In this document: positions 1 to 8,493 of the stretch, piece after piece
How the letters are laid out: the number at the start of each line of letters is the position of its first letter
Numbering within the stretch: position 1 is the stretch's first letter
Virus record (IMG/VR): IMGVR_UViG_3300025120_014373
Origin: an uncultured virus (IMG/VR IMGVR_UViG_3300025120_014373)
Taxonomy: Duplodnaviria > Heunggongvirae > Uroviricota > Caudoviricetes
Direction: 5' to 3' (one strand)
DNA length: 64,000 nt
Translations under genes and position numbers: made by a program
Notes under the pieces: generated by a model
What the model was told of the DNA's origin: nothing
Database searches by the model: none
What the model saw: the letters and a program-made list of their open reading frames with translations, nothing else

Positions 1-128
1 CTTTAACGGTTAGTTCTTAGAGAAGATTTGTATGATGGTTAGTCTCTCCTTAAAATTTTTCTACCTCCCGCAAGCGCTTACACGTGAGAATGCCCTCCTC
101 CTAGAGCGTCCACGCCCGGTAAGCTAAT

Positions 129-144
129 ATTATATCACAGTTCC
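129..144 (-). promoter_or_regulatory. Putative early promoter GGAAC-N5-TATAAT
   Basis: Minus strand reads GGAACTGTGATATAAT; near-identical copies at 228-243(-), 300-315(+), 2410-2425(+). Confidence 0.65.
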
Positions 145-227
145 AGTTGCCGGAAAGAAGAGGAACGCTAGCTCCGGAAGCATCTCCGATAGGTAGTCCT
201 TCTCAGACCCTCTGGTCTCATGTCTTA

Positions 228-243
228 ATTATATCAGAGTTCC
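228..243 (-). promoter_or_regulatory. Putative early promoter GGAAC-N5-TATAAT
   Basis: Minus strand GGAACTCTGATATAAT, ATG 6 nt downstream at 221. Confidence 0.65.
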
Positions 244-299
244 CATTTCAATCCACCCCGCCAGCTGGCAAAGCCCCCGCAGGGGGCGACGCAGTAATA

Positions 300-315
300 G
301 GAACAGTCATATAAT
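300..315 (+). promoter_or_regulatory. Putative early promoter GGAAC-N5-TATAAT
   Basis: GGAACAGTCATATAAT, 6 nt before ATG at 322. Confidence 0.7.
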
Positions 316-321
316 TATAGT

Positions 322-534
322 ATGGATAACAAAAACAACACAGTAAAGTTAGGCGAAGTATTCAGCGCAGTCGAAGTAATTCTCAAGGCTGCTCAAAGCG
401 AGGGAGGCAAGCGTGCGGTGATCGGCATGCTGAGTGATAACTTTAACCCAGAGATGGTCTCGTTGATCGGTTGCGTTAACGATAACTACTCTGATACTCT
501 AGATCGGATGCGTGAGGCGTTCGGCGTTAAATAG
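322..534 (+). CDS. Hypothetical early protein (70 aa)
   Basis: ORF directly behind the GGAAC-TATAAT motif; abuts next ORF. Confidence 0.7.
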   Translation: MDNKNNTVKLGEVFSAVEVILKAAQSEGGKRAVIGMLSDNFNPEMVSLIGCVNDNYSDTLDRMREAFGVK

Positions 535-729
535 ATGAACCCTCAATACCATATAGATATGAGACCCGATATCGGTCTTGTTAACTACGACAGAAAGAAA
601 TTTGTATTATATTCATACCAGACCGGTACTGAATACCCAATAGACGTTAATGAAGTAATGAGGCTTAAAGATGATGCCGGTGTTCGAGTTAGTGGTAAGG
701 TTAAGACATATATAGATATAGCATTTTAG
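535..729 (+). CDS. Hypothetical protein (64 aa)
   Basis: ATG immediately follows previous stop; terminator downstream. Confidence 0.65.
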   Translation: MNPQYHIDMRPDIGLVNYDRKKFVLYSYQTGTEYPIDVNEVMRLKDDAGVRVSGKVKTYIDIAF

Positions 730-775
730 AAGCCAAGTCATAAAGGTTCCTAATTAGATAGTGTGTTGTTGTTGT

Positions 776-811
776 AAGAGGTCGTTCTCATCTGAGGGCG
801 GCCTCTTTTTT
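776..811 (+). terminator. Intrinsic terminator
   Basis: AAGAGGTCGTTCTCA-TC-TGAGGGCGGCCTCTT stem (with G-U pairs) followed by a T run. Confidence 0.75.
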
Positions 812-1111
812 GCATAGGGGTACCCCGCTGCGCAGCAACCCACCCCGCTCAGAGAAGTTAACGTGGGAGAAGTACTATATAGAGAGCGGGTCTCGGGCCT
901 TGGGAGGCCCCATGCCAACTAAAAATTTTGACGCGCGGGAAAACGTATATATAACCCGGGGCTTTTCTATATCAGGAACCCACCCTTGCAGAGGGTATTA
1001 GTTTACCATACAATAAGGAACTCTGAATCAGGAACACTTATATCTAGATCCACCGAACGCTCATGACCTGGAGTTATCTTACAAGAGGTAAGGAACATAA
1101 TGAGTGCTATA

Positions 1112-1534
1112 CTAAAGAGTAACTTCACCTTTTTCAATTAGAATGTTCCTATTAACTAGCTGCTCTCCAGCTATCTCATCTTTAGATTTACCAAAGTAAG
1201 CCACGCCGTAATTGTTCTCTATAAGGAACGTATTAACATTAGTACCTTCTAGTGTAACTAGCTCACCTAAAATTCTACCATACTTACCTCTACTATCATC
1301 GGTTTTGGTTTGGAGTATAATGTTTGAGCCTACTGGACAGAATTCTAAAACCTTTTGTTTAGCTAGGTTCCCAAATACCTTCTCTACCTTATCTGATGTT
1401 CTACTCTCTGGGGTGTCTATGCCGTACAGGCGAATGCGCTGCTTTTTAAGCCATACGTTAAACCCTAAATCGATATCAACGTCTACAGTATCACCGTCAA
1501 CTACTCTACTTACAACCGCTTTATACTCATACAT
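1112..1534 (-). CDS. Thermonuclease (staphylococcal nuclease-like, SNase)
   Basis: RVVDGDT, RIRLYGIDTPE, GKYGRILG motifs; start moved to ATG 1534, which lies 5 nt after TAAATA. Confidence 0.9.
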   Translation of the reverse strand: MYEYKAVVSRVVDGDTVDVDIDLGFNVWLKKQRIRLYGIDTPESRTSDKVEKVFGNLAKQKVLEFCPVGSNIILQTKTDDSRGKYGRILGELVTLEGTNVNTFLIENNYGVAYFGKSKDEIAGEQLVNRNILIEKGEVTL

Positions 1535-1613
1535 GTAACTATTTAAGACCATCTGCGACAAATCCGCGCTTTGTTTGGTGCGGGGAAATCTGCGCGATTG
1601 TATAAATAATAGT

Positions 1614-1916
1614 ATGAGTAAATATTCTAAATTATCTAAAGAAGAGCTTGAAGAACTTGCCCGTAAGTATGGGGTGGAGTTAGATAGAAGGCTCTTAAAA
1701 TCTAAAATGGTTAAGCAGCTTGAAAAGCATATCTCTTCTATATCTAAAGATGAGTTAGAAGAACTCGCTAGAGAAGATGGCGTTGAGCTTGACAAGAGAC
1801 TAACTAAAGAAAAGCTAGTAGAACAGGTTGCTGATATAAGCGATGAGCCTCAATTGAGCCCTAATGAGATAACTCTTCAAGAAAAGAGAGCTAAACTTTT
1901 AAATTTAAACTTCTAA
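1614..1916 (+). CDS. Small protein with two tandem Rho-N/HeH-like helical repeats
   Basis: LSKEELEELARKYGVELDRRLLKSKMV and ISKDELEELAREDGVELDKRLTKEKLV; TATAAATA 5 nt before ATG 1614. Confidence 0.7.
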   Translation: MSKYSKLSKEELEELARKYGVELDRRLLKSKMVKQLEKHISSISKDELEELAREDGVELDKRLTKEKLVEQVADISDEPQLSPNEITLQEKRAKLLNLNF

Positions 1917-1932
1917 TTGATTAAATAATTAC

Positions 1933-2349
1933 ATGGCACTTGGAGATAACACAGCATTTTTTAACGAAACAACATTCCTATTAGGACCAACAAGCGTTGA
2001 TAACGGTATTTCAGGTTTAGATATTACAGCAATTGGAGGTGGAGCAATTGACTCACCTGCAGCTAAAGTTCTATTTACCGCGAAGGGTACAATATTAGGT
2101 GAAACCTTGCATTTAGGAAATATTAAAGACCCAGCTAGAGGTTTACAATTTGAATTCAAATTCGCATCTAGATATATTAATGATATAGTTTCTATCATAA
2201 CAGCAGATAGAGAAGCAATTCAAGTTACACTTCATGAAGATCTTTCAGCTGCTTCTATATCCACTTCACAGACATTTCAGTTAACAGCTAAAGGACCTAA
2301 TTCAGTTGGTCCAACATTAAGAAGATTAAATCAACTAGGTTACGTTTAA
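1933..2349 (+). CDS. Hypothetical late protein, possibly virion decoration
   Basis: TAAATA-5nt-ATG, own terminator, small-residue-rich sequence. Confidence 0.6.
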   Translation: MALGDNTAFFNETTFLLGPTSVDNGISGLDITAIGGGAIDSPAAKVLFTAKGTILGETLHLGNIKDPARGLQFEFKFASRYINDIVSIITADREAIQVTLHEDLSAASISTSQTFQLTAKGPNSVGPTLRRLNQLGYV

Positions 2350-2372
2350 GATTGAATAATATATTTTTTAAT

Positions 2373-2406
2373 AAAGATGCTTCTGGAAACGGAAGCATCT
2401 TTTTTT
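2373..2406 (+). terminator. Intrinsic terminator
   Basis: AAAGATGCTTCTG-GAAA-CGGAAGCATCTTT plus T run. Confidence 0.85.
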
Positions 2407-2409
2407 ATG

Positions 2410-2425
2410 GGAACAGTGATATAAT
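2410..2425 (+). promoter_or_regulatory. Putative early promoter GGAAC-N5-TATAAT
   Basis: GGAACAGTGATATAAT, 6 nt before ATG at 2432. Confidence 0.7.
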
Positions 2426-2431
2426 AGTAGT

Positions 2432-2878
2432 ATGATTATTGTTAACTGTAAGTTTAATAAGAACGCAAAGGAACTATTTAAGTCGGTTAATGTAAAGATT
2501 AAGGAACTGGAACGATTTACAAACTTTATATTAAATGAATATAAAGGAACAAGAAAGATCTGGAACTATGAATTGGTAATTAAAACTTTAGATTGCCATA
2601 CATCAGGTTATTATTTTGAATGTAATGAAATGGAAATAGGAACTAAAACTACAAAACGTTCCATAGCTAAGAAAAAGGAATGGTATCTTAGTTCCTATTT
2701 TCATGAGTTATGCCATTTTGCTCAAGATAACTTATATAAGGTTAAAGAGTCTAAATTAGACTATTCAGAAGCTGATGTGGCAAATTGTACTAACAAATAT
2801 TATAAAAACCCTATGGAAATACAAGCAAGAGAATTTGAAGATAAGTATACTAAAATCTATTTAGAATTATATTCTTAA
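2432..2878 (+). CDS. HExxH zinc metallopeptidase-like protein
   Basis: HELCH followed by NPMEIQAREFE. Confidence 0.7.
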   Translation: MIIVNCKFNKNAKELFKSVNVKIKELERFTNFILNEYKGTRKIWNYELVIKTLDCHTSGYYFECNEMEIGTKTTKRSIAKKKEWYLSSYFHELCHFAQDNLYKVKESKLDYSEADVANCTNKYYKNPMEIQAREFEDKYTKIYLELYS

Positions 2879-3267
2879 TCTGTTGGCCATAATCGAGCTT
2901 TCATATACTCGATATCTTTCTTTATTTCAGCAATATCAACTTCCATCTCTTTCATACTCTCTGTTATAATAACATCACCGTTTGAGGTTATCATATTGCT
3001 AATTAGCTTTTCAATTTTATCTACTAATGGTAATAATTCTCTTATTTCACTTTGATTTGTTTGAGCCATAAAACGTAGAGCTAGCATTTCAGTTTCTAAA
3101 TTACCAATTTTTAAAAAAATAATTTCTTGATCCTTTTCATATACTTCTTGTGAAACATAATTACTATTCAACCATAAAGCAGCTAAAGCTCCTACTGCAG
3201 CCAGAAAAAAAGTAGCAAAATTAATATTTTCCAAAAAGGACCGAAATAAAGTAATAGGCTTTTCCAT
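2875..3267 (-). CDS. Single-pass membrane protein with coiled coil
   Basis: Hydrophobic FATFFLAAVGALAALWL then heptad-like region; TAAATA 7 nt before ATG 3267. Confidence 0.65.
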   Translation of the reverse strand: MEKPITLFRSFLENINFATFFLAAVGALAALWLNSNYVSQEVYEKDQEIIFLKIGNLETEMLALRFMAQTNQSEIRELLPLVDKIEKLISNMITSNGDVIITESMKEMEVDIAEIKKDIEYMKARLWPTD

Positions 3268-3308
3268 TTTAATATATTTATTAAATTTTCTTATATTAAA
3301 TAATAATA

Positions 3309-3689
3309 ATGAGTGATCAATCAAATATTTTTAATCTTTATGAAAGTAATTTAAATCAATCAGCTATTGGTACTATGCAGCAAAGAGATCCTGCTAAAAA
3401 TTTAAAATATAGACCCGGTGAAGCATCTCCTGGTCAAGGTTATGCTCGATATAATGTACCAACTACTAATAGCGCAAAAGTAAAAGGAGCTCCTTTTGTA
3501 TCAAATGGTATAAGTGGTGATGAAGAGATGTTAATAAAAGGTTTTGGTGTTATTGATAGCAGCCAAGCAGGTAAATTATTAGATAGATTAAAGAATGATA
3601 TACATAAGTTAATTGATAAAAATGTAACTGGTTCAGTACTTAAAAGTAAAATAGATTTATATACATCTATTTTACAACAAACCACTTGA
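3309..3689 (+). CDS. Hypothetical late protein, candidate internal head protein
   Basis: TAAATA-6nt-ATG; N-terminal IFNLYE. Confidence 0.6.
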   Translation: MSDQSNIFNLYESNLNQSAIGTMQQRDPAKNLKYRPGEASPGQGYARYNVPTTNSAKVKGAPFVSNGISGDEEMLIKGFGVIDSSQAGKLLDRLKNDIHKLIDKNVTGSVLKSKIDLYTSILQQTT

Positions 3690-3713
3690 TTATTTTAATT
3701 CATATACTATAAT
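3686..3713 (+). promoter_or_regulatory. Sigma70-like promoter
   Basis: TTGATT-N16-TATAAT, 6 nt before GTG 3720. Confidence 0.6.
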
Positions 3714-3719
3714 TAGTAT

Positions 3720-4184
3720 GTGGATGATATATTAAAATTAAGTTGGGATAATATAGATTTTTTAACTCAATGTTTGGTTGAGCAAATAAAAAGTAGAAAT
3801 ATGCAATTTGATTGCATTATTGCTTTAGGTAGAGGTGGTTTGATACCTGGAGCTGCGTTAAGTTATAAATTAAATATAAAGACGCTTTATAATATTGGAA
3901 TTAATACCAGGCAAGAAAATGGTAAGTATATTGATACTATAGTATATCAACGACCTGATAGCATTAAAGAGAGTTCAAAAATATTAGTAATAGATGACAT
4001 TAATGATAGTGGACGTACTTTTACTGCAGTAAATTCAATATTAAATCGTAATTATAAAGTTAATAGTGATAGTATTTTATATGCTAGTTTAATAAAAAGA
4101 GAAGGTACAGAATTTAACACTAATATTATTTCTGGTAATACTTTGCATACTACACGCTGGTTACAGTTTCCTTGGGATAAATAA
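3720..4184 (+). CDS. Type I phosphoribosyltransferase (Gpt/Hpt-like)
   Basis: IIALGRGGLIP, PRPP loop ILVIDDINDSGRT, C-terminal WLQFPW. Confidence 0.88.
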   Translation: MDDILKLSWDNIDFLTQCLVEQIKSRNMQFDCIIALGRGGLIPGAALSYKLNIKTLYNIGINTRQENGKYIDTIVYQRPDSIKESSKILVIDDINDSGRTFTAVNSILNRNYKVNSDSILYASLIKREGTEFNTNIISGNTLHTTRWLQFPWDK

Positions 4185-4188
4185 TTAA

Positions 4189-5337
4189 GTGAGAGCTCGA
4201 CCCTTTTATTTTGAAATTAAAGATATGCTTACGCAGTTTGTTGCTGCGTTTGATGATATTGTTATAGGTAGATTTAATAGAGATAGAGTAGAGAAAGATA
4301 AAATTAATGTTAGATATGTTTATGCACCGAAACAAAGAGTATTATATGATTTAGTAAATGAAAATAAAACTTTAACATTACCAGTTGTATCTGTTAACGT
4401 AACAAATATATCTAGAGATGAAACTAGAGTTTTTAATAAGTTGGATGGGTTTTATTATCAAGCTAATATTGGAGAAGAAAAGGTATCTAGACATATTAAA
4501 ACACCGGTACCTGTTAATATAACATTATCAGTTTCAGTTTTAACTAGGTACCAAACTGATATGGATCAAATATTAAGTAACTTTGTACCATTTTGTAACC
4601 CATATGTTATTATATCATGGAAAATACCTGAAAAATTCAATTTAAGTGTCGATCAAGAAATTAGAAGTGAGGTATTATGGACTGGAGATGTTAGTATGAA
4701 TTACCCAACTGAATTAAATTCAAGTCAGAAAGCAAGAGTTACAGCCGATACATCATTTACTATTAAAGGGTGGTTATTTAAAGATACAGATAACCCATCA
4801 GGTAATATATTCTTTGTAGATAGTAATTTTCATAACGAAACTAAACTTGAATACTATGATAACTATGAATCATTATCAGGTAATACATATACATACCCTG
4901 CTTCTTCGATTATCGATGATAAAATTGAATCGTTTGAGTTATCTGGTTCACCTTTTATAACTGACATTTTCTATAATGGCGTATTACTTCAAGAAAATTT
5001 AACTATTGCTTCTAATACATCTGGTAGTATTATATTAAATGGTAGTGGCTTCGCAAATACTGAAACAGTACTATTTAGTACTAATAACCATACTGTTTAC
5101 ACTAATCTTACATCTGTATCTAATTTTAGTAGGCAGAGAGCAGTTTCAGGTCAGTCAATACCATTTACAATTTTAAATGATAATACTATAATTTTTAATA
5201 GTATACCAATCTCATCCGGAGATATAAGATTTATACCTTTAAATAAAGCTGGGTATGATTTTTCAGACTTTTCGTATATGGATACTTTATGTGGTAGGGG
5301 TTTGAGTAGTAATAGTACGTTTATTATAGTAGAATAA
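4189..5337 (+). CDS. gp15: Tail sheath stabilizer/terminator gp15 with C-terminal extension
   Basis: FVAAFDDI, YAPKQR, DMDQILSNFVP, FTIKGWLF pattern; structural context. Confidence 0.8.
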   Translation: MRARPFYFEIKDMLTQFVAAFDDIVIGRFNRDRVEKDKINVRYVYAPKQRVLYDLVNENKTLTLPVVSVNVTNISRDETRVFNKLDGFYYQANIGEEKVSRHIKTPVPVNITLSVSVLTRYQTDMDQILSNFVPFCNPYVIISWKIPEKFNLSVDQEIRSEVLWTGDVSMNYPTELNSSQKARVTADTSFTIKGWLFKDTDNPSGNIFFVDSNFHNETKLEYYDNYESLSGNTYTYPASSIIDDKIESFELSGSPFITDIFYNGVLLQENLTIASNTSGSIILNGSGFANTETVLFSTNNHTVYTNLTSVSNFSRQRAVSGQSIPFTILNDNTIIFNSIPISSGDIRFIPLNKAGYDFSDFSYMDTLCGRGLSSNSTFIIVE

Positions 5338-5353
5338 GTATTAAATAATAATA

Positions 5354-7096
5354 ATGGCCGACCAACAAAAACAATCAGGGCAATCTGGATTTCTAAAAAA
5401 TCTTGTTAATAAACTACCATATCAGTCTGTAGATTTTAATAAAGTTTTAGGGGATTTAAATCCTAAGTATGATACATTCCAAGAAACGGGTATGCGAAGA
5501 GTTGAAGCTTTAGCTAAAAACTCAATTTTTTATAATAATGAATTTAACAATACTGGGGCAGGCCAGGTAAGTGTTGATGGTAATTATAGTTCGTTAGTAT
5601 ATGCGAATATAGAAGAAAATAAAGGCGGTAGATTAAGAGATTATCGCATAATGGCAGCTTTTTCTGAAATTAGTGATGCTTTAGATGAAATATGTGATGA
5701 GTGTATTAATAAAGATGATGCTGGTAATATTATTAATTTAATTTTTAGAAATACTGATATAGATGAAGAAAAGCAGCAAAAAATAAAAGATGAATTTGAA
5801 AAATATATTGATTACTTTAACTTTGAAAAGAAGGGTTTTGAATACTTTAGGCAATTATTAATTGAAGGTGAGCTTTATTTCGAACACATTATACATCAAG
5901 GTTATACAGACGATGGCATTCTCGGAGCTGTTGCTTTACCCGGTGATTTAATTGACCCAATATACGATAATATACAAAATTTAATTATTAAAGGTTACAT
6001 TCTACGTAAACCTATATTTGACCCTAATAAACCTGAAAAAATAGAAAAGTTTGATTTTATTCCAATGGACGATAATCAAGTTTCATATATTAATTCTGGT
6101 ATATGGAATCAAGATAAAACATTTAGATTACCATTTATTGAAAATGCTAGAAGGTCATACAGACAATTATCATTAGTTGAAGATGCTATTGTAATTTATA
6201 GATTGGTAAGAGCTCCGGAGCGTTTAGTATTTAACGTTGATGTTGGTAATATGGCACCGCCTAAGGCAGAAGCATATCTAAGAAAGCTTATACAAGAGTA
6301 TTGGAGTAAAAAGACTTTTGATTCTAATCAATCAGGTCAAGTTCAGAAGTTTAACCCTCAATCAATGCTTGATTCATTCTGGTTTGCTAAAAGAGCTGGT
6401 TCAGAAGGTACATCAGTTACACAGCTAGCTGGAGGCGCTAATTTAGGTGAGTTAGCTGACTTAATGTACTTTGTTAATAAACTTTATAAAGCATTAAAAG
6501 TACCTCTTAATAGATTAAATCCTGATAGCCAATTTAGTGATGGAAATGAAATCCTAAGAGAAGAATTAAAGTTTGCTAAATTTATTATTAGAATGCAGCA
6601 ACAATTTGCAGGAGGTCTTAAAAATGGATTTATAACTCATTTAAAATTAAAAGGGTTCTTTGATGAGTATGATCTTAAAGCTCCTAATATACATTTAGAG
6701 TTTAATGTACCGACTAATTTTTATGAATTAAGAGAGAGTCAGAAGTTAGAACTTAAAGCTACAAACTTTAATTCATTAGCGTCAAATGAATTTGTTGCAG
6801 CAACTTATGCACAAAAACGTTATCTTGGTTGGAATGATGTTGATGTAAAAGCTAATAGAGAGTTCTTACGTAAAGATGCTGAACTACAATGGGAGTTACA
6901 GCAAATTGGAACCGGTGGACCAAATTGGAGAGACGATTTACAAGCAGCCCCTGCAGGTGATGCAGCAGCTGGTGAGGCAGGTGCACCGGCGGGTGATATT
7001 AGTGCAGAAACCCCACCTGAGTTTGGAGGAGGCCCAGCAGAAGTGGATGTTGAGCCTGCTGCAGCACCTGAAGCGCCGCCAGAGGAACTAACTTAA
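5354..7096 (+). CDS. gp20: Portal protein
   Basis: EDAIVIYRLVRAPERLVFNVDVGNM, LYKALKVP, REELKF. Confidence 0.97.
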   Translation: MADQQKQSGQSGFLKNLVNKLPYQSVDFNKVLGDLNPKYDTFQETGMRRVEALAKNSIFYNNEFNNTGAGQVSVDGNYSSLVYANIEENKGGRLRDYRIMAAFSEISDALDEICDECINKDDAGNIINLIFRNTDIDEEKQQKIKDEFEKYIDYFNFEKKGFEYFRQLLIEGELYFEHIIHQGYTDDGILGAVALPGDLIDPIYDNIQNLIIKGYILRKPIFDPNKPEKIEKFDFIPMDDNQVSYINSGIWNQDKTFRLPFIENARRSYRQLSLVEDAIVIYRLVRAPERLVFNVDVGNMAPPKAEAYLRKLIQEYWSKKTFDSNQSGQVQKFNPQSMLDSFWFAKRAGSEGTSVTQLAGGANLGELADLMYFVNKLYKALKVPLNRLNPDSQFSDGNEILREELKFAKFIIRMQQQFAGGLKNGFITHLKLKGFFDEYDLKAPNIHLEFNVPTNFYELRESQKLELKATNFNSLASNEFVAATYAQKRYLGWNDVDVKANREFLRKDAELQWELQQIGTGGPNWRDDLQAAPAGDAAAGEAGAPAGDISAETPPEFGGGPAEVDVEPAAAPEAPPEELT

Positions 7097-7100
7097 TTAA

Positions 7101-7292
7101 TTAAGAAGTCTGCCTATAAATTGCTATTGGTCGTGGACCTCTAAAATCTACTTTATCCACAATATGATTTGCAGGTCTATTTTCATTTATAAACTGTGCC
7201 AATAATGTTGTATTTTGTATAATATTTATATCACCTGATCCACCAGTTGATAAAACTGGTACTACTGTTATTGAAATGTCGCCTACTGCCAT
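7101..7292 (-). CDS. Hypothetical late protein (63 aa)
   Basis: TAAATA-5nt-ATG on minus strand; fills the gp20-gp13 gap. Confidence 0.6.
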   Translation of the reverse strand: MAVGDISITVVPVLSTGGSGDINIIQNTTLLAQFINENRPANHIVDKVDFRGPRPIAIYRQTS

Positions 7293-7335
7293 GTAATTAT
7301 TTATTAACTTAGCATGACTTTATTAAATATTTATG

Positions 7336-8493
7336 ATGTCGAAATGTGAAATAGCTCCTATATCTGGGTTTCAAAGTACCAATCTCAATTCTAGAGTAGA
7401 TAATTTTAACAGACTTGGTGATAGGATACTAAGATCTTTAGGTTATCCTTTTACTAATGTTGAAATACATAGAGACCAGCTATATGAAAATATTAGTATA
7501 GCTATTGAGTACTTTAGTAAGTTTGCAGGCTATACAAAAGAATATCTAATATTTGATAGTAATTTATATAAAAAAGATTATGGTATAAAAATAGATGACC
7601 TCTTTACTTTGCAAAATAGTGAAACCTTTACTGAACAAAAAGAATTAAAAACACCAAATAAAGACTTTACTAAGTCTATTAATACTAAAGAAACCGTTTT
7701 CGCAGCTATCTCAACCATACCTGGTTCATTATTCAGTTCAATTTCAAGTCTATCATCAGCATTAGAAGATGGAATATCAGCTAATGATATTTTTGCTGAA
7801 GACTTCTATAGTGAAATTATTAGTGAAGTCTCATCTATAAGTGATTTATTTATACCGCAAGTTAAAAATAATATTACTAGACAAGGGTCTATTGTTAGTG
7901 AGACTGATCAATTAATCAATAGTTTTGATTATGATTTAATGGATTACAGAAAAGTCATTGCTGTTACCGATTTTGAAGAAGGTTCAAGCACAGGTATTAA
8001 TACATTGTTTACAATTGAACAAACCCTAGCTCAACAGACATATTTTAGTTATGCAATGGGTAATTATGGTTTTGATTTAATTAGTTGGTATACTTTAAAA
8101 AATTGGTTAGAAACAAGAGAAAAAATGCTAGCAACAAAACGTTCATATGCATTTGATGAAAGAACACAAATTTTAAGAATGTTTCCTCAACCTAACGCAA
8201 GTAATAGTAACGTTAGATTTTACGGGGTCGTATCTTGCTACGTTGAGCGACCAATTAGAGATATATTAAAAGAGTTATGGGTATATCAATATGCCTTAGC
8301 GTTAACTAAAATGTCAGTTGCTAATATTAGAGGCAAATATGGTAACGTTACTCTTTTTGGTGGAGGTAGTTTAAATGCATCAGAATTTATGAGTCAAGGT
8401 TTATCAGAGAAGGAAAAGTTAGAAACCCAGTTAATGACAGGAGCTGCTCCTGGTCAAGGAGATTCAGACCCACCTTTATTCTTTGTTGGTTAA
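7336..8493 (+). CDS. gp13: Neck protein gp13
   Basis: ILRSLGYP..VEI, WVYQYALAL, RGKY..V.L.GG, terminal PPLFFVG. Confidence 0.88.
   Translation: MSKCEIAPISGFQSTNLNSRVDNFNRLGDRILRSLGYPFTNVEIHRDQLYENISIAIEYFSKFAGYTKEYLIFDSNLYKKDYGIKIDDLFTLQNSETFTEQKELKTPNKDFTKSINTKETVFAAISTIPGSLFSSISSLSSALEDGISANDIFAEDFYSEIISEVSSISDLFIPQVKNNITRQGSIVSETDQLINSFDYDLMDYRKVIAVTDFEEGSSTGINTLFTIEQTLAQQTYFSYAMGNYGFDLISWYTLKNWLETREKMLATKRSYAFDERTQILRMFPQPNASNSNVRFYGVVSCYVERPIRDILKELWVYQYALALTKMSVANIRGKYGNVTLFGGGSLNASEFMSQGLSEKEKLETQLMTGAAPGQGDSDPPLFFVG

Noticed and set aside
60..125. Cloverleaf-like fold as a tRNA
   Set aside because: No TTC T-loop, no 7 nt anticodon loop, no CCA; kept only as a generic ncRNA candidate
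810..1001. 63 aa ORF in the GC-rich island
   Set aside because: TTG start inside the terminator T run, no promoter, and the sequence is better explained by palindromic non-coding elements
975..1096. AGGAAC repeats as a CRISPR mini-array
   Set aside because: Repeats are only 6-8 nt with irregular spacing; no cas genes
1535..1795. N-terminal extension of the nuclease ORF to 1795, and the 1575 start of the opposite gene
   Set aside because: The extension is antisense to the 1614 gene; both genes have TAAATA-5nt-ATG starts at 1534 and 1614
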